This document shows, piece by piece, positions 20,597 to 30,595 of a stretch of 64,000 nucleotides of DNA (position 1 is the stretch's first letter; the number at the start of each line of letters is the position of its first letter). Made by a program: the position numbers and the translations under genes. A model generated the notes under the pieces. It had not been told where the DNA came from, did no database searches, and was given only the letters and a program-made list of their open reading frames with translations. Source of the stretch: an uncultured archaeon. Lineage in GTDB: Archaea; Asgardarchaeota; Thorarchaeia; Thorarchaeales; Thorarchaeaceae. The stretch lies in NCBI GenBank assembly GCA_964458565.1, contig CAYWJO010000008.1, positions 1 to 64,000 of the forward strand, in the 5' to 3' direction.

Positions 20597-20611
20597 TACA
20601 CAGATTTCAAA

Positions 20612-23092
20612 ATGAACAAAGAGTCATTGACTATTGAAGGAGTCAATCACGTGAGCCGCGATAAGAAAAAGAAAGCAGACGAACATAAGAAAGACAAAGT
20701 AGCAGTCTTCCTTTGTCGATGCGGCTCGAACATTGCTGAACCTTTAGATGTTGAGGCTTTAAGAGAACGTTATGAAGAACGGGGTATTCCCTTAGTCGAA
20801 GTTGACGACCATTTGTGTTCAGAACAAGGAGTCTCCGATTTCATTGATCGAATTCGTTCAAGTGGTTCTGAGAAGATTGTTGTAGCAGGTTGTTCACCTA
20901 ATCTACATCGAGAATTATTCGCTGATGCAGTCAAAGAGGCTGGAATTGATCCAGGTCACCTTCACATGGCAAATATTCGAGAACAATGTGGGTGGGTACA
21001 TTATGATGATAGAGATGCGGCTACAAAGAAAGCTGCTGCAATCATAGATACAGGACTGGAAGCGGTGATGGGTTCACAACCTATACCAACATACGAACTA
21101 CCTGTAACACAACGGGCACTAGTGGTTGGTGGTGGAGTTGCTGGATTAACTGCAGCGCTGGAACTTGCAGATTCTGGTGTTGAAACTGTTATCGTTGAGA
21201 AGAAGGGTTTTCTTGGAGGTCATATGGCAAAATGGGACAAACTCTTCCCGACATTCGACTGTAGTATATGTATACTAGGTCCGATGATGGCACGTGCTGC
21301 AAGGCATCCAAATATTGAGATCATGACTCTTTCTACAGTGACTGAAGTTAGAGGTACTGTGGGTCGGTACATTGTAAAGATATTCAAAAACGCAAGATAT
21401 GTAGACATTGAAACATGTACAGGATGCAACAAATGTATCGAGGTATGTCCAGTTGATGTTGCGGATGAGTATAATTATGGACTTGGCACCCGAAAGGCAA
21501 TGGTGCGCCCACTAACAGATTCAGTACCCATTGCACCATATATCGATACAGAGCATTGCATTGGATGCCAATCTTGTTTGGGTGTATGCGAACCTCAATC
21601 TTTGAGGTACACTCAAGATGATGAAATTCTAACTCTCGAGTTTGGAGCGGTTATACTAGCGACTGGATTAGAACCATTTGATGCGACCGTAGTTGAGGAA
21701 TTTGGGTATGGTGAGAATCCTGATGTTATTACTTCTGTTGAGCTTGAGCGACTGATGAATCCTAATGGGCCTAGTGGTGGACAGCTTATTCGTCCTTCTG
21801 ATGGGACAACTCCGAAAAGAATCGCATTCCAAGCATGTGTAGGGAGTCGATCCCATCGTTATGAACGGCCTTACTGTAGCAGGACTTGTTGTACAGCTGC
21901 AATCAAGGAACTCATTCAGATAAAACAGCAGATTCCTGATTGCGAAGCATATTTCTTTTACACAGATCTGAGAACCTTTGGAAAAGGTCAGGAAGAATTG
22001 TATGTACGAGCGGGAGATGAATATGGAATAAACTTCGTAAGAGGTACGATTGGTGAAGCATTTCATAATCCCTTAAGTGGTAGGACTCGAATTCTCGCAG
22101 AAGATACACTCATTCAGAAAATGCTTGATTTTGAAGTTGATCTCCTTGTCTTAATGGTTGGAATGGATCCAGCTCCAGATAATATCGAACTCTCACGATT
22201 ATTTAAAAACCCATTAGATGAAAATGGTTTCTTCCTAGAATTGCATCCCAAATTAGGTCCTAGTAGTACTTCTTCTAAGGGAGTATTCCTCGCAGGGGTT
22301 GCTCAGGGTCCTAAGGATGTTGCTGATAGTGTAGCTCACGCTGGGTTAGCTGCTTCAAAAGTGAAAACACTGCTAGCTACAGGTCAGGTCATCACCGAAG
22401 CCTGTGTTCCTTCATTTGATAAGGAGCTCTGTATGAGTTGCAGATTATGTGAGCAAACCTGTACGCCAAAAGCAATCAAGTTCAATGATGAAAATGTTCC
22501 TGAGATTGATCTTCTTGCATGTCGTGCGTGTGGTGCATGTGTAGCAGCTTGTCCTTCAGGTGCATTAGATCTTCCATGTCTTACGAATGAGCAGTTACTT
22601 GCTGCAACCAAGGCAGCTGTTACATTCAACCAAAATCGGCCTGCGATTGTTGGGTATCTATGCCGATGGTGCGCATATTTGGCAGCCGATAGAGCGGGTA
22701 TTTCACGTTACAAATATCCCCCGAATGTCATCCCAATTCAAGTACCATGCACAGGACGTCTAAATGCGGACACGTTACTTTCAGCATTTGCTGAAGGCGC
22801 TGATGGAGTAGCGGTGATGGGATGTCACATTCAAGATTGCCATTATCGATCAGGAGCTAGATATGCACACGATCGAACAGACAAGATTCGAAATGTAATC
22901 GAAGCCGCTGGAATTGATAGTCGCAGATTGTATTTTGGTAGTGTTTCAGCATCTGAAGCCGACTCTTTCGCTGATCAGATTACTGAGTTTGTTAATCATA
23001 TTATTCAGATTGGGCCTCTCGGACGTGAACTTTTGCAAACAGGAGCGAAGAAGGGCCGAATCCAAGACGCCAAGGAAACATCTGGAGGATAA
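20612..23092 (+). CDS. hdrA: Heterodisulfide reductase subunit A fused to MvhD
   Basis: VFLCRCGSNI, NIREQCGWVH, GGGVAG, DKLFPTFDCSIC, CVGSR..YCSRTCC; C-terminal MvhD motifs CRWCAY..PCTGR..GCHIQDCHY. Confidence 0.95.
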   Translation: MNKESLTIEGVNHVSRDKKKKADEHKKDKVAVFLCRCGSNIAEPLDVEALRERYEERGIPLVEVDDHLCSEQGVSDFIDRIRSSGSEKIVVAGCSPNLHRELFADAVKEAGIDPGHLHMANIREQCGWVHYDDRDAATKKAAAIIDTGLEAVMGSQPIPTYELPVTQRALVVGGGVAGLTAALELADSGVETVIVEKKGFLGGHMAKWDKLFPTFDCSICILGPMMARAARHPNIEIMTLSTVTEVRGTVGRYIVKIFKNARYVDIETCTGCNKCIEVCPVDVADEYNYGLGTRKAMVRPLTDSVPIAPYIDTEHCIGCQSCLGVCEPQSLRYTQDDEILTLEFGAVILATGLEPFDATVVEEFGYGENPDVITSVELERLMNPNGPSGGQLIRPSDGTTPKRIAFQACVGSRSHRYERPYCSRTCCTAAIKELIQIKQQIPDCEAYFFYTDLRTFGKGQEELYVRAGDEYGINFVRGTIGEAFHNPLSGRTRILAEDTLIQKMLDFEVDLLVLMVGMDPAPDNIELSRLFKNPLDENGFFLELHPKLGPSSTSSKGVFLAGVAQGPKDVADSVAHAGLAASKVKTLLATGQVITEACVPSFDKELCMSCRLCEQTCTPKAIKFNDENVPEIDLLACRACGACVAACPSGALDLPCLTNEQLLAATKAAVTFNQNRPAIVGYLCRWCAYLAADRAGISRYKYPPNVIPIQVPCTGRLNADTLLSAFAEGADGVAVMGCHIQDCHYRSGARYAHDRTDKIRNVIEAAGIDSRRLYFGSVSASEADSFADQITEFVNHIIQIGPLGRELLQTGAKKGRIQDAKETSGG

Positions 23093-23097
23093 AGAAA

Positions 23098-24450
23098 TTG
23101 GATCGACTCGGTGTTATGGTTGGCGAGAAACCCACAGTTGAAATGGAAGTAATCGATGGTAAGATTCGGTTTGTGTGGAAGACATCTCTCTTAAAGAAGG
23201 TACTTGATCACGAAATTTCTAAATGTGTTGGATGCAGCCTTTGTCAAATCTGTCCTTGGGATGCAATAACTTTAGGACCAATCAAAGAGACAGCTTCCGG
23301 ATTAATTGAAGGTGCTCCATTAGTCAACGTTGATCCTGAACTCTGTACCTTTTGTGGTCTATGTGACTCTGCATGTATTTTTCGCGCTTTCCAAGCTGAA
23401 TATGAAGGAGAAGATGTTGTCCGAGTTTACAACAGGATTTCAGGTACACACAAGATAGACGAGGAAAAATGCAAGCCCTGTCTATTGTGTTCCAAGGTAT
23501 GTCCTACTGAAGCTCTCAGCGTTGATATCTCTGTTTCTCAGAAAGAGGATTTGGTCACCTATAGCGGCGAAGAAGCAGCAACGGGTACAATAAAAATCGA
23601 TGAGAACAAATGTTCGTATTGCGGTCTCTGCGAATTACTATGTCCCAATATCATTAAGATTTACTGGGAAGATTCTTCAGAACCACCTGATTTCAAACCA
23701 GCCGTTGCAATTCGAGTTGATAATGAAAAATGCGACTATTGTGGCCTTTGTGCGAATCTATGTCCTGATGAAGCTATTGAGGTCGAATGTCTCTCCTCGA
23801 CTCCAAGAGAAATCAAGGACCCGGAAATCTCAGGTAACCTTCATCATGATGATGATCTATGTGTGAAATGCGGTCTTTGCGCGCAGGTGTGTCCTTATGA
23901 TGCCTTGGAAGTGGAAAAACCATTTCAAGGAAAAGTGGAGATTGTACAACTTGACAAATGTGATCCCACAGGTTGTAACAACTGCTTCAACATCTGCCCA
24001 GTTAAGGCAATCTATCCAACTGGAACTGCTGATAAGATAGCTATCCTTGATGACCATTGTCTCTATTGTGGGGCTTGTGAACATTCATGTCCCTATGATG
24101 TTCTCAAAGTATCAAGAGAGGGTTATCTTGTTGAGGAACTAGAGAATGCAAGAGAATGGGAAAAATCAAGAAAGCATATTTATGATGCTCTCATTGGGAA
24201 AGCACCTCCAGAGAGTGGGATGTTCGAGAGAAACATAGTTGTGAAACCCTCTGTGAGAATGCAGGAGACCACTGAGTCCAACACAGCATGGAACTTGACG
24301 GATGGTGAGCGAGTCAAGGCAATGAAAGCTGCACAACGTATTCGCGATCTCATGAAGAATGAGAAGCGGCTTTATCTTCAATTTGAACGTGGGAAGACTG
24401 ACACCCTAATTGAACGTGTTAAAGATCAACAAGACTCTGAATCGAAGTGA
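23098..24450 (+). CDS. fwdF: FwdF-like polyferredoxin (8 4Fe-4S motifs)
   Basis: Eight CxxCxxC-type motifs counted; directly after hdrA-mvhD. Confidence 0.8.
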   Translation: MDRLGVMVGEKPTVEMEVIDGKIRFVWKTSLLKKVLDHEISKCVGCSLCQICPWDAITLGPIKETASGLIEGAPLVNVDPELCTFCGLCDSACIFRAFQAEYEGEDVVRVYNRISGTHKIDEEKCKPCLLCSKVCPTEALSVDISVSQKEDLVTYSGEEAATGTIKIDENKCSYCGLCELLCPNIIKIYWEDSSEPPDFKPAVAIRVDNEKCDYCGLCANLCPDEAIEVECLSSTPREIKDPEISGNLHHDDDLCVKCGLCAQVCPYDALEVEKPFQGKVEIVQLDKCDPTGCNNCFNICPVKAIYPTGTADKIAILDDHCLYCGACEHSCPYDVLKVSREGYLVEELENAREWEKSRKHIYDALIGKAPPESGMFERNIVVKPSVRMQETTESNTAWNLTDGERVKAMKAAQRIRDLMKNEKRLYLQFERGKTDTLIERVKDQQDSESK

Positions 24451-24814
24451 TTTCATCATCACTCTTTTTTATGGTGACCTTTATACCATGCATCTGTAGT
24501 GGTGCTTTGCCTTCTGGGATTGGTACTAATGCCATAGCCCACGGACCGTGAACCATAACTGCAGTTTCAATAGGTACTTTCGCATCTCCAATTGCTCGGA
24601 CAATCACACGTGTTTTATCAGCTGTAATTTCAACAGTCATGTCATCTTTGAGACCCAATCTCTTCAAATCAGCAGTATTCAATTTAACCAATGCAGTTGT
24701 TTTCTTGTAATCTTCAGAATGTTTATTCCCTACTGACTCAATATCCGATTCGAATGATCGAGCGATTACTAGCTTAGCTTCCAGATGAGGAAAGAGAAAA
24801 TCTCCAAGAGCCAT
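24419..24814 (-). CDS. Second, divergent FwdD-like protein (molybdopterin-dinucleotide-binding fold)
   Basis: LNTADLKRLGL..V.I.., MVHGPWAMALV..PLQMHGI resemble FwdD (FIPAGPYAN..PEFKGI). Confidence 0.7.
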   Translation of the reverse strand: MALGDFLFPHLEAKLVIARSFESDIESVGNKHSEDYKKTTALVKLNTADLKRLGLKDDMTVEITADKTRVIVRAIGDAKVPIETAVMVHGPWAMALVPIPEGKAPLQMHGIKVTIKKSDDEITSIQSLVDL

Positions 24815-25060
24815 ATCTTACTCTCCAATTCAATTAGTATTTCTGACGTTGTGAAACCTGTTAATTACTCTTCTATTAAGGAGGAATTCACAGACTGGGT
24901 CACACAAACTTTTCTATTAACGATATTTCTTAAAGAATAACTCTTCGTATGATATTAACAAGATTCAATACCTTGTTAATACAACTAAATGTAGTTCTCA
25001 TTAGGAGGAAACGATATGGTGTTTCTCGGTAAAGTTCGCAACATTCAGTTGAAATCCCGC
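24566..25060. repeat. Copy 1 of a diverged ~0.5 kb direct repeat (5' part of fwdD2, spacer, start of beta-helix gene)
   Basis: Shares e.g. ATATCCGATTCGAATGATC, TTACTAGCTTAGCTTC, AAGATTCAATACCTTGTT and TGTAGTTCTCATTAGGAGGA with 27878-28370. Confidence 0.85.
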
Positions 25061-27838
25061 ATGTGTGTCTTATTATTTCTGATCTCACTGATAATTCTAC
25101 CACTCACATATTCAGGACTAGCGCACAGCAAATCTCAGTTGGTTTCAGTTGTAAAAGATAATTATTTTACACTTGCAGGTCATATTTCACATGGTGTGGT
25201 AAAAATTGATGGCGATGCTGACTTTATCAGTCAGGCTTGGCCTGGGTCTGGGATTGAGGGTGCCCCCTATAGGATAGAGAATCTCAACATTACAAATACC
25301 GGTAGTGACCATTGCATAGACATTCGCAACACTCGTGCTTATGTTTTAATCAAAAATTGTACCCTTTATGGTAATTCTATGGATGGGATTTATCTCAATA
25401 ATGCATCAAATGTGATCATCGAAGAATCAGATTTCATTAACTCCCCATATGGAATTTTAATGGTGGATTCCTCTCACAATCAGGTATCCCGCTGCAACAT
25501 CACAAATTGTGGCAGTGGAATCGTAATTAATACATCAACGGACAATTTGGTTGTTAATAACACAATTTCTGTGGTTGGCTGGCGTGGCATATTTCTTGAG
25601 CATTCGGATAGAAATATAGTATCTTTGAATAATTTGAGTGGTGGATTCCATGGCGTGTATCTTTCCTACTCGGATTCAAATATTATATCTAATAACACTT
25701 GTCAATCGAATGGTAGGGAAGCTATCTACCTTACCCAGGGCTACAATATTACAGTTTCAGGTAACATCTGCGAGGGAGATCCGTATTATTTCACTGCATC
25801 TGTCTGGAATGGAGATTCCATTTATCTATATGAAAATGCATTCACAGGGAACGGGATTAAAATCGAAGGATATTCACTTGATATTCATGCCACAGGCAAC
25901 ACAATAAATGGACAACCTATTGTATTTCTATCTGGTGTGGATGGATCTGATTTCTCAGGACTTGCCGGTCAGATAATACTTCTCCATTGCAATAATATAA
26001 CCGTAAGAAATCAAGTTATAACAAATGTTGGATATGGCATCCAAATAGTATATTGTGAAAGCATTTTATTGAAAGATAGTATAATTGCTGATTCTAGTTG
26101 GGATGCAATTAGGATTTTATCATCGCCCTTCACAACGATTCGAAATGTAACATGTTATGGAAATGTGCATTATGGCTTCTATGTTTATTATAGTCCAAGT
26201 TGTATCATTGAGGAGAGTATTTGCTACGATAATGGATATGATAGCATCTACATCGAACATTCTGATTATTCTTCGATAGAGGATAATCTGTGTTATAGCA
26301 ATGGGCAATCGGGGATTTATCTACTTCAATCTAATTATATTGTGGTTACAAATAACAATTGTACAGATACAAATTACGGCATCTACATGATACAAAATAG
26401 GGGTTGCAATATCTCCTCAAATATGCTTGCAGATGACGAAGTTGGCATCCACATGGTTTCATCTGATAGGAATTCGATCTATATGAACAACCTGAGTAAT
26501 TACGTGACAGAAGGAATTTTACTATACAACTCTCAGATGAATATTATATCAAATAACACTCTTACTGGAAACTATGGCGATGTTGGACTATATGTTTGGG
26601 CTGGGTCCTCGGATAATAGCATTGCAAATAATACCATCCAAGAGAATAATATTGGTTTACATATTGAGGAAAACTCTATCAATAACTTAGTTTACTGGAA
26701 TCAATTTATTGATAATGCGTTGTATCAGGTTGGTGATGATGGGAATTATTCCGCAATTCATAACAACTACTACTCAGATTATTTGGGTGCTGATTCGAAC
26801 TCTGATGGGATTGGAGATGAACCTTATCCGATAAATGGCACCGCTGACAATGATGATCCCTATCCTCTGATGTCACCTACATTCTCTCCTGTTGTCAATC
26901 ATTGGACTACACCACCTAGTGATCAAACACTTGAATATGGTTTGGATTTTGAGTATCAGGTGGAACAGTCCGGAGAAACTATAGTAGCGGCTCTAATAAA
27001 TGACACAACCCACTTTTCCATAGATTTGACTCTGACCATTCGAAACACAACAAATCTGGTTGTAGGTCTCTATCCTCTAGCAGTACGAGCACGAAACATT
27101 CATGGATATTATCTTTTAGGAATATTCACGCTCAATGTTTCAGATACTACAGCTCCATCCTGGATTAATTTCCCATCAACTCTAGTTCGAGAGTACAATG
27201 AACTCTTTTATTACCAGATACAAGCGACTGACTTATCCGGAATCGACCACTATGAGTTAATTGCTGATGAAGCATTCTACATGAATTGGGCTGGGAATAT
27301 AAGTCAGAACAGTTGGTTACCTGTTGGAGAATATATGTTCGAAGTCAGAGTATTTGACATCTACGACAACTATGCATCAGGAATTTTCACTTTGTCAATT
27401 GTTGACACTATTCTGCCTTTTATCGATAATTATGGTGATGACAGATTCTTCTACTCAAATCATCCCGAAGAAGTAGAATGGCTCGTCATAGAAGACAATC
27501 TAATTAGCTATGAAATTCTCATTGATGGGGTTCTGGTTTCATCTGGCAATGAGACTGATAATTTCAATCAGATCAAATACCTAATTTCTGGATTGGGTGT
27601 GGGTGTGTTTAATTTCACCCTTATAGTAACTGATACAGGGGGTAATACAGTTTCAAGTACTGTTATAGTGACAGTAGCTGAACAACCGATAAGCACTTCC
27701 ACAACAACCACACACACACCTACGACAACTCCTGTTTTTGGTCCAGGTCCGGATGTATTGAGCATTATGATTATGGTTCTCGGGGTGGTTATTGTAATCG
27801 CAGTAATAATTGTGGCAGTGCGTCGAGGAAGATCATAG
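25016..27838 (+). CDS. Cell-surface protein with parallel beta-helix (NosD/CASH-type) repeats, Ig-like domains and C-terminal TM anchor
   Basis: Signal-like N-terminus, many GIxLxxSxxNxIxxN repeats, DSNSDGIGDEPY, Thr-rich linker, TM helix, RRGRS tail. Confidence 0.85.
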   Translation: MVFLGKVRNIQLKSRMCVLLFLISLIILPLTYSGLAHSKSQLVSVVKDNYFTLAGHISHGVVKIDGDADFISQAWPGSGIEGAPYRIENLNITNTGSDHCIDIRNTRAYVLIKNCTLYGNSMDGIYLNNASNVIIEESDFINSPYGILMVDSSHNQVSRCNITNCGSGIVINTSTDNLVVNNTISVVGWRGIFLEHSDRNIVSLNNLSGGFHGVYLSYSDSNIISNNTCQSNGREAIYLTQGYNITVSGNICEGDPYYFTASVWNGDSIYLYENAFTGNGIKIEGYSLDIHATGNTINGQPIVFLSGVDGSDFSGLAGQIILLHCNNITVRNQVITNVGYGIQIVYCESILLKDSIIADSSWDAIRILSSPFTTIRNVTCYGNVHYGFYVYYSPSCIIEESICYDNGYDSIYIEHSDYSSIEDNLCYSNGQSGIYLLQSNYIVVTNNNCTDTNYGIYMIQNRGCNISSNMLADDEVGIHMVSSDRNSIYMNNLSNYVTEGILLYNSQMNIISNNTLTGNYGDVGLYVWAGSSDNSIANNTIQENNIGLHIEENSINNLVYWNQFIDNALYQVGDDGNYSAIHNNYYSDYLGADSNSDGIGDEPYPINGTADNDDPYPLMSPTFSPVVNHWTTPPSDQTLEYGLDFEYQVEQSGETIVAALINDTTHFSIDLTLTIRNTTNLVVGLYPLAVRARNIHGYYLLGIFTLNVSDTTAPSWINFPSTLVREYNELFYYQIQATDLSGIDHYELIADEAFYMNWAGNISQNSWLPVGEYMFEVRVFDIYDNYASGIFTLSIVDTILPFIDNYGDDRFFYSNHPEEVEWLVIEDNLISYEILIDGVLVSSGNETDNFNQIKYLISGLGVGVFNFTLIVTDTGGNTVSSTVIVTVAEQPISTSTTTTHTPTTTPVFGPGPDVLSIMIMVLGVVIVIAVIIVAVRRGRS

Positions 27839-28126
27839 ATTGCGAATCATAATTGGAGTTACAAGATTGTGCACATCTTCAATGGGTACCTTAGTATCTC
27901 CAATTACTCTAACAATCACTTTTGTTTCATCAGCTGTTATTTCAATAGTCATGTCATCTTTGGGTCCCAATCTCTTCAAATCAGCTGTATTCAATTTGAT
28001 CAATGTAGTTGTTTTCCTGTAATCCTTAGAGAATTTATCTCCTACAGATTCGATATCCGATTCGAATGATCTAGCAATTACTAGCTTAGCTTCTAGATGA
28101 GGAAAGATAAAGTCTCCAAGAGCTAT
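27833..28126 (-). pseudogene. Truncated duplicate of the fwdD-like gene at 24419-24814
   Basis: Reads (I)ALGDFIFPHLEAKLVIARSFESDIESVGDKFSKDYRKTTTLIKLNTADLKRLGP; start ATG changed to ATA; similarity ends near 27878. Confidence 0.85.
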
Positions 28127-28370
28127 GTTGTAATCTCCAACTCAGTTAGTTTGTTTTGGCTGGTTTGAATCTCGTTAATTATTCTTCTATTTGGGATTAT
28201 TTTACAAATGAGGTTTTACAATCTATTAGTAAGTAGTCTTAAAGAATTAATATTCGTATAAATTTAGCAAGATTCAATACCTTGTTTATACAATTGAATG
28301 TAGTTCTCATTAGGAGGAGACGATATGGTATCTATTAGTTGGCTTTGGATAGGTTAGTTGAAACACCGAA
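27878..28370. repeat. Copy 2 of the ~0.5 kb direct repeat
   Basis: See copy 1; includes a decayed gene start AGGAGGAGACGAT-ATG at 28325 that stops after 10 codons. Confidence 0.85.
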
Positions 28371-28494
28371 TAAGGAGTCGAAACAATTGATACCTTTCTT
28401 CTACCTCTTGAATGGAACACCAAAAGAAATCAAACATCATCCAAATAATTGGTATTGATGGATTCAATTTACTAAATCAAGTAAAGTGGTTGAT

Positions 28495-29568
28495 ATGAAA
28501 AGGAATAGAGCAGTAATTTTGATAGGTATCATTGTTATCGCAACCTTCTCTGTCTTTATAATTCTCCGCTCGGTACGACAACGTCATGATCCAATTTTAA
28601 TAAACGGGAACTAGGATTTTGTATCTCAAGGGTGGCCAGGAGCAGGCACTCCTTCAAACCCATATGTAATCTCAGGTTTGCAAATTGCGGCAGGTCTTCC
28701 ATATTGGGTTGATAACACGCAATATTTCGAATTTGCTGAAGCTAGTATAATCATAGGCAACACAACTTCACATTTTGTCATCTCTAATTGTTACTTTGAG
28801 GGTGCGACAGGTGTCAAGCTTGATAATGTTGTTAATGGGAAAATTGAGTATTGTGAATCATATCAAGGTCTTCGTGCTAGTGGGATTAGAGCATACAATG
28901 TCCGTGACTGCATATTCAGCAATAATGTTTTAGCGAATTACAAAGATTACGGAGTATATTTGGTTAACGGAAACAATAATACAATCATGAGTAACACGAT
29001 TTACTTTGATCTACAAGATTCAATTCAAAGCAGGACCAAAGCTGGTATATACCTTGAGGAAGAGTTATTGGTTAATTGCAGATCCAATGTAATTCGAAAT
29101 TGCAGGAAAGGGATCGAGCTAGTACAATGCTCAGGAGGTGTGCATAACCATTGGGTTTCTGAAAATGAGGTTGAAAGTTGTTCTGACTATGGTTTCTCTT
29201 TACAAGGTTGTAGTAATCTACCATTAGTGCAGAATAGTATCAACAACTGCTCGAGGGGTGTTGAAATATACGAATGTATCGCATTGAATTTCAGTAGCAA
29301 CTCTGTTTCCTACAATACAGTCTGCGGTATTTGGGTGAAATCAGGTAGTAATGGATGCCTCTTGTACGATAACGACATCAACAATAATGGATGGTCTGGA
29401 ATTACGTTCGAGTTAACAGAAAATTGTATAGCTATGAACAATGTTATCAATGATAATTTGGGCTGGGGGATTATAATCAATTCTTCGAATTCCACGACAC
29501 TCACGGACAACACATTTAGTGGAAACACTTCGGGTGATGTAGGTTATGATGTACCATTGATCCCATAG
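28495..29568 (+). pseudogene. Beta-helix (NosD-type) secreted protein interrupted by an in-frame TAG at 28612-28614
   Basis: MKRNRAVILIGIIVIATFSVFIILRSVRQRHDPILINGN*DFVSQGWPGAGTPSNPYVISGLQI continues in frame into track ORF 28678-29568; similar to HGVVKIDGDADFISQAWPGSG of the upstream paralog. Confidence 0.75.
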
Positions 29569-29619
29569 CATAATAGGTGGGTTTCTTAAATTATGCCTAA
29601 GTATTGATTATAAACCTCA

Positions 29620-29639
29620 TAGTTGCATTATTGCAACTA
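29620..29639. promoter_or_regulatory. Palindromic operator-like site
   Basis: TAGTTGCA-TTAT-TGCAACTA, perfect 8-bp arms, about 105 nt upstream of ORF 29744. Confidence 0.55.
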
Positions 29640-29743
29640 ACATAATCACTCCGTTTCATCTCTCCTAAGATAAGGTCGCTCGGGTCAGAACACCATATGA
29701 GTATCTTTTTGTAATCATTTGTCAAACGTGGACTACTTATTCG

Positions 29744-30541
29744 GTGAATGAAATGAGGATTGGTACTGTCTATGGTGATGTTTTTGCGGAACGAGTAATT
29801 GGGAACCTAATCAATTTCCGTACTTTCTGTCAGGGATGCGAACCAACATGTTCAGAGTGTAGAACGGGATACGGTTCATACGTAGGAGATGTAATCGGAA
29901 TCTATCAAGTTGACCCTCCAATGCCAACGATGATTGAAGACCCCACGGAAGTCATCAAGAATCTACAACTAGGTGAATGTGATGTTCTACTACTCGTAGC
30001 AATCCATCATGATCTTCTAGCATCAGCAGATATTCTTGTAAAAGAGACAGGTGCAAAAGCAGTGATTGTACCAATCGAGGATCCTTCATGGGTTCCACCA
30101 GGTCTTCGAAGTCAAGTGAAAGAAACCCTTGACAGTATCGGTGTAGAATCAGCCTTTCCAAAGCCCTTCTGCACACTCGAACCTGGAGAAGGAGCTATCA
30201 TCGACCAGTTCATTGAGCGTTATAAAATCGGGCGACCTATTCACTATGTAGATATGACCGGTGATACAATCACAGAGATTGGTCCAAAACGTTCTGCTCC
30301 TTGTGGATGTAGCTGGTATGTCAGCCAAAAGGTTCGTGGAAAATCAATCAAAGACACAGATTTTCTGTTTGACACAATCGCTAAGGCACACCATTCATAT
30401 CCATGCACAGCATCAATGGCTAAGGATCGTGAAGTAGGAGATGCCCTACTTCATATAGCAGGATATAATGCAAGATATGCAGTGTGTGAAGCTACAGGTA
30501 TTGATGATTGCCGAATGTCAACTGAGAAAAATGAACATTAA
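29744..30541 (+). CDS. DUF166-like Cys-containing protein
   Basis: FCQGCEPTCSECR, PKPFCTL, RSAPCGCSW, HHSYPCTASM..D..LH.AG motifs (family recalled from memory). Confidence 0.7.
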   Translation: MNEMRIGTVYGDVFAERVIGNLINFRTFCQGCEPTCSECRTGYGSYVGDVIGIYQVDPPMPTMIEDPTEVIKNLQLGECDVLLLVAIHHDLLASADILVKETGAKAVIVPIEDPSWVPPGLRSQVKETLDSIGVESAFPKPFCTLEPGEGAIIDQFIERYKIGRPIHYVDMTGDTITEIGPKRSAPCGCSWYVSQKVRGKSIKDTDFLFDTIAKAHHSYPCTASMAKDREVGDALLHIAGYNARYAVCEATGIDDCRMSTEKNEH

Positions 30542-30595
30542 ACATCCATAGGGTAACATTGATAGATGTTAATTTGGATTTGAATGTGATTTACT

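Noticed and set aside
2170-23092. Selenocysteine versions of FwdB, HdrA or MvhD
   Set aside because: The positions that can be Sec (SVCHGP, DCSIC, MvhD Cys motifs) are Cys in uninterrupted frames; no in-frame TGA
25016-29568. Nitrous-oxide reductase accessory NosD
   Set aside because: Only the beta-helix repeat is shared; no nosZ/F/Y nearby, and the architecture is that of a generic surface protein
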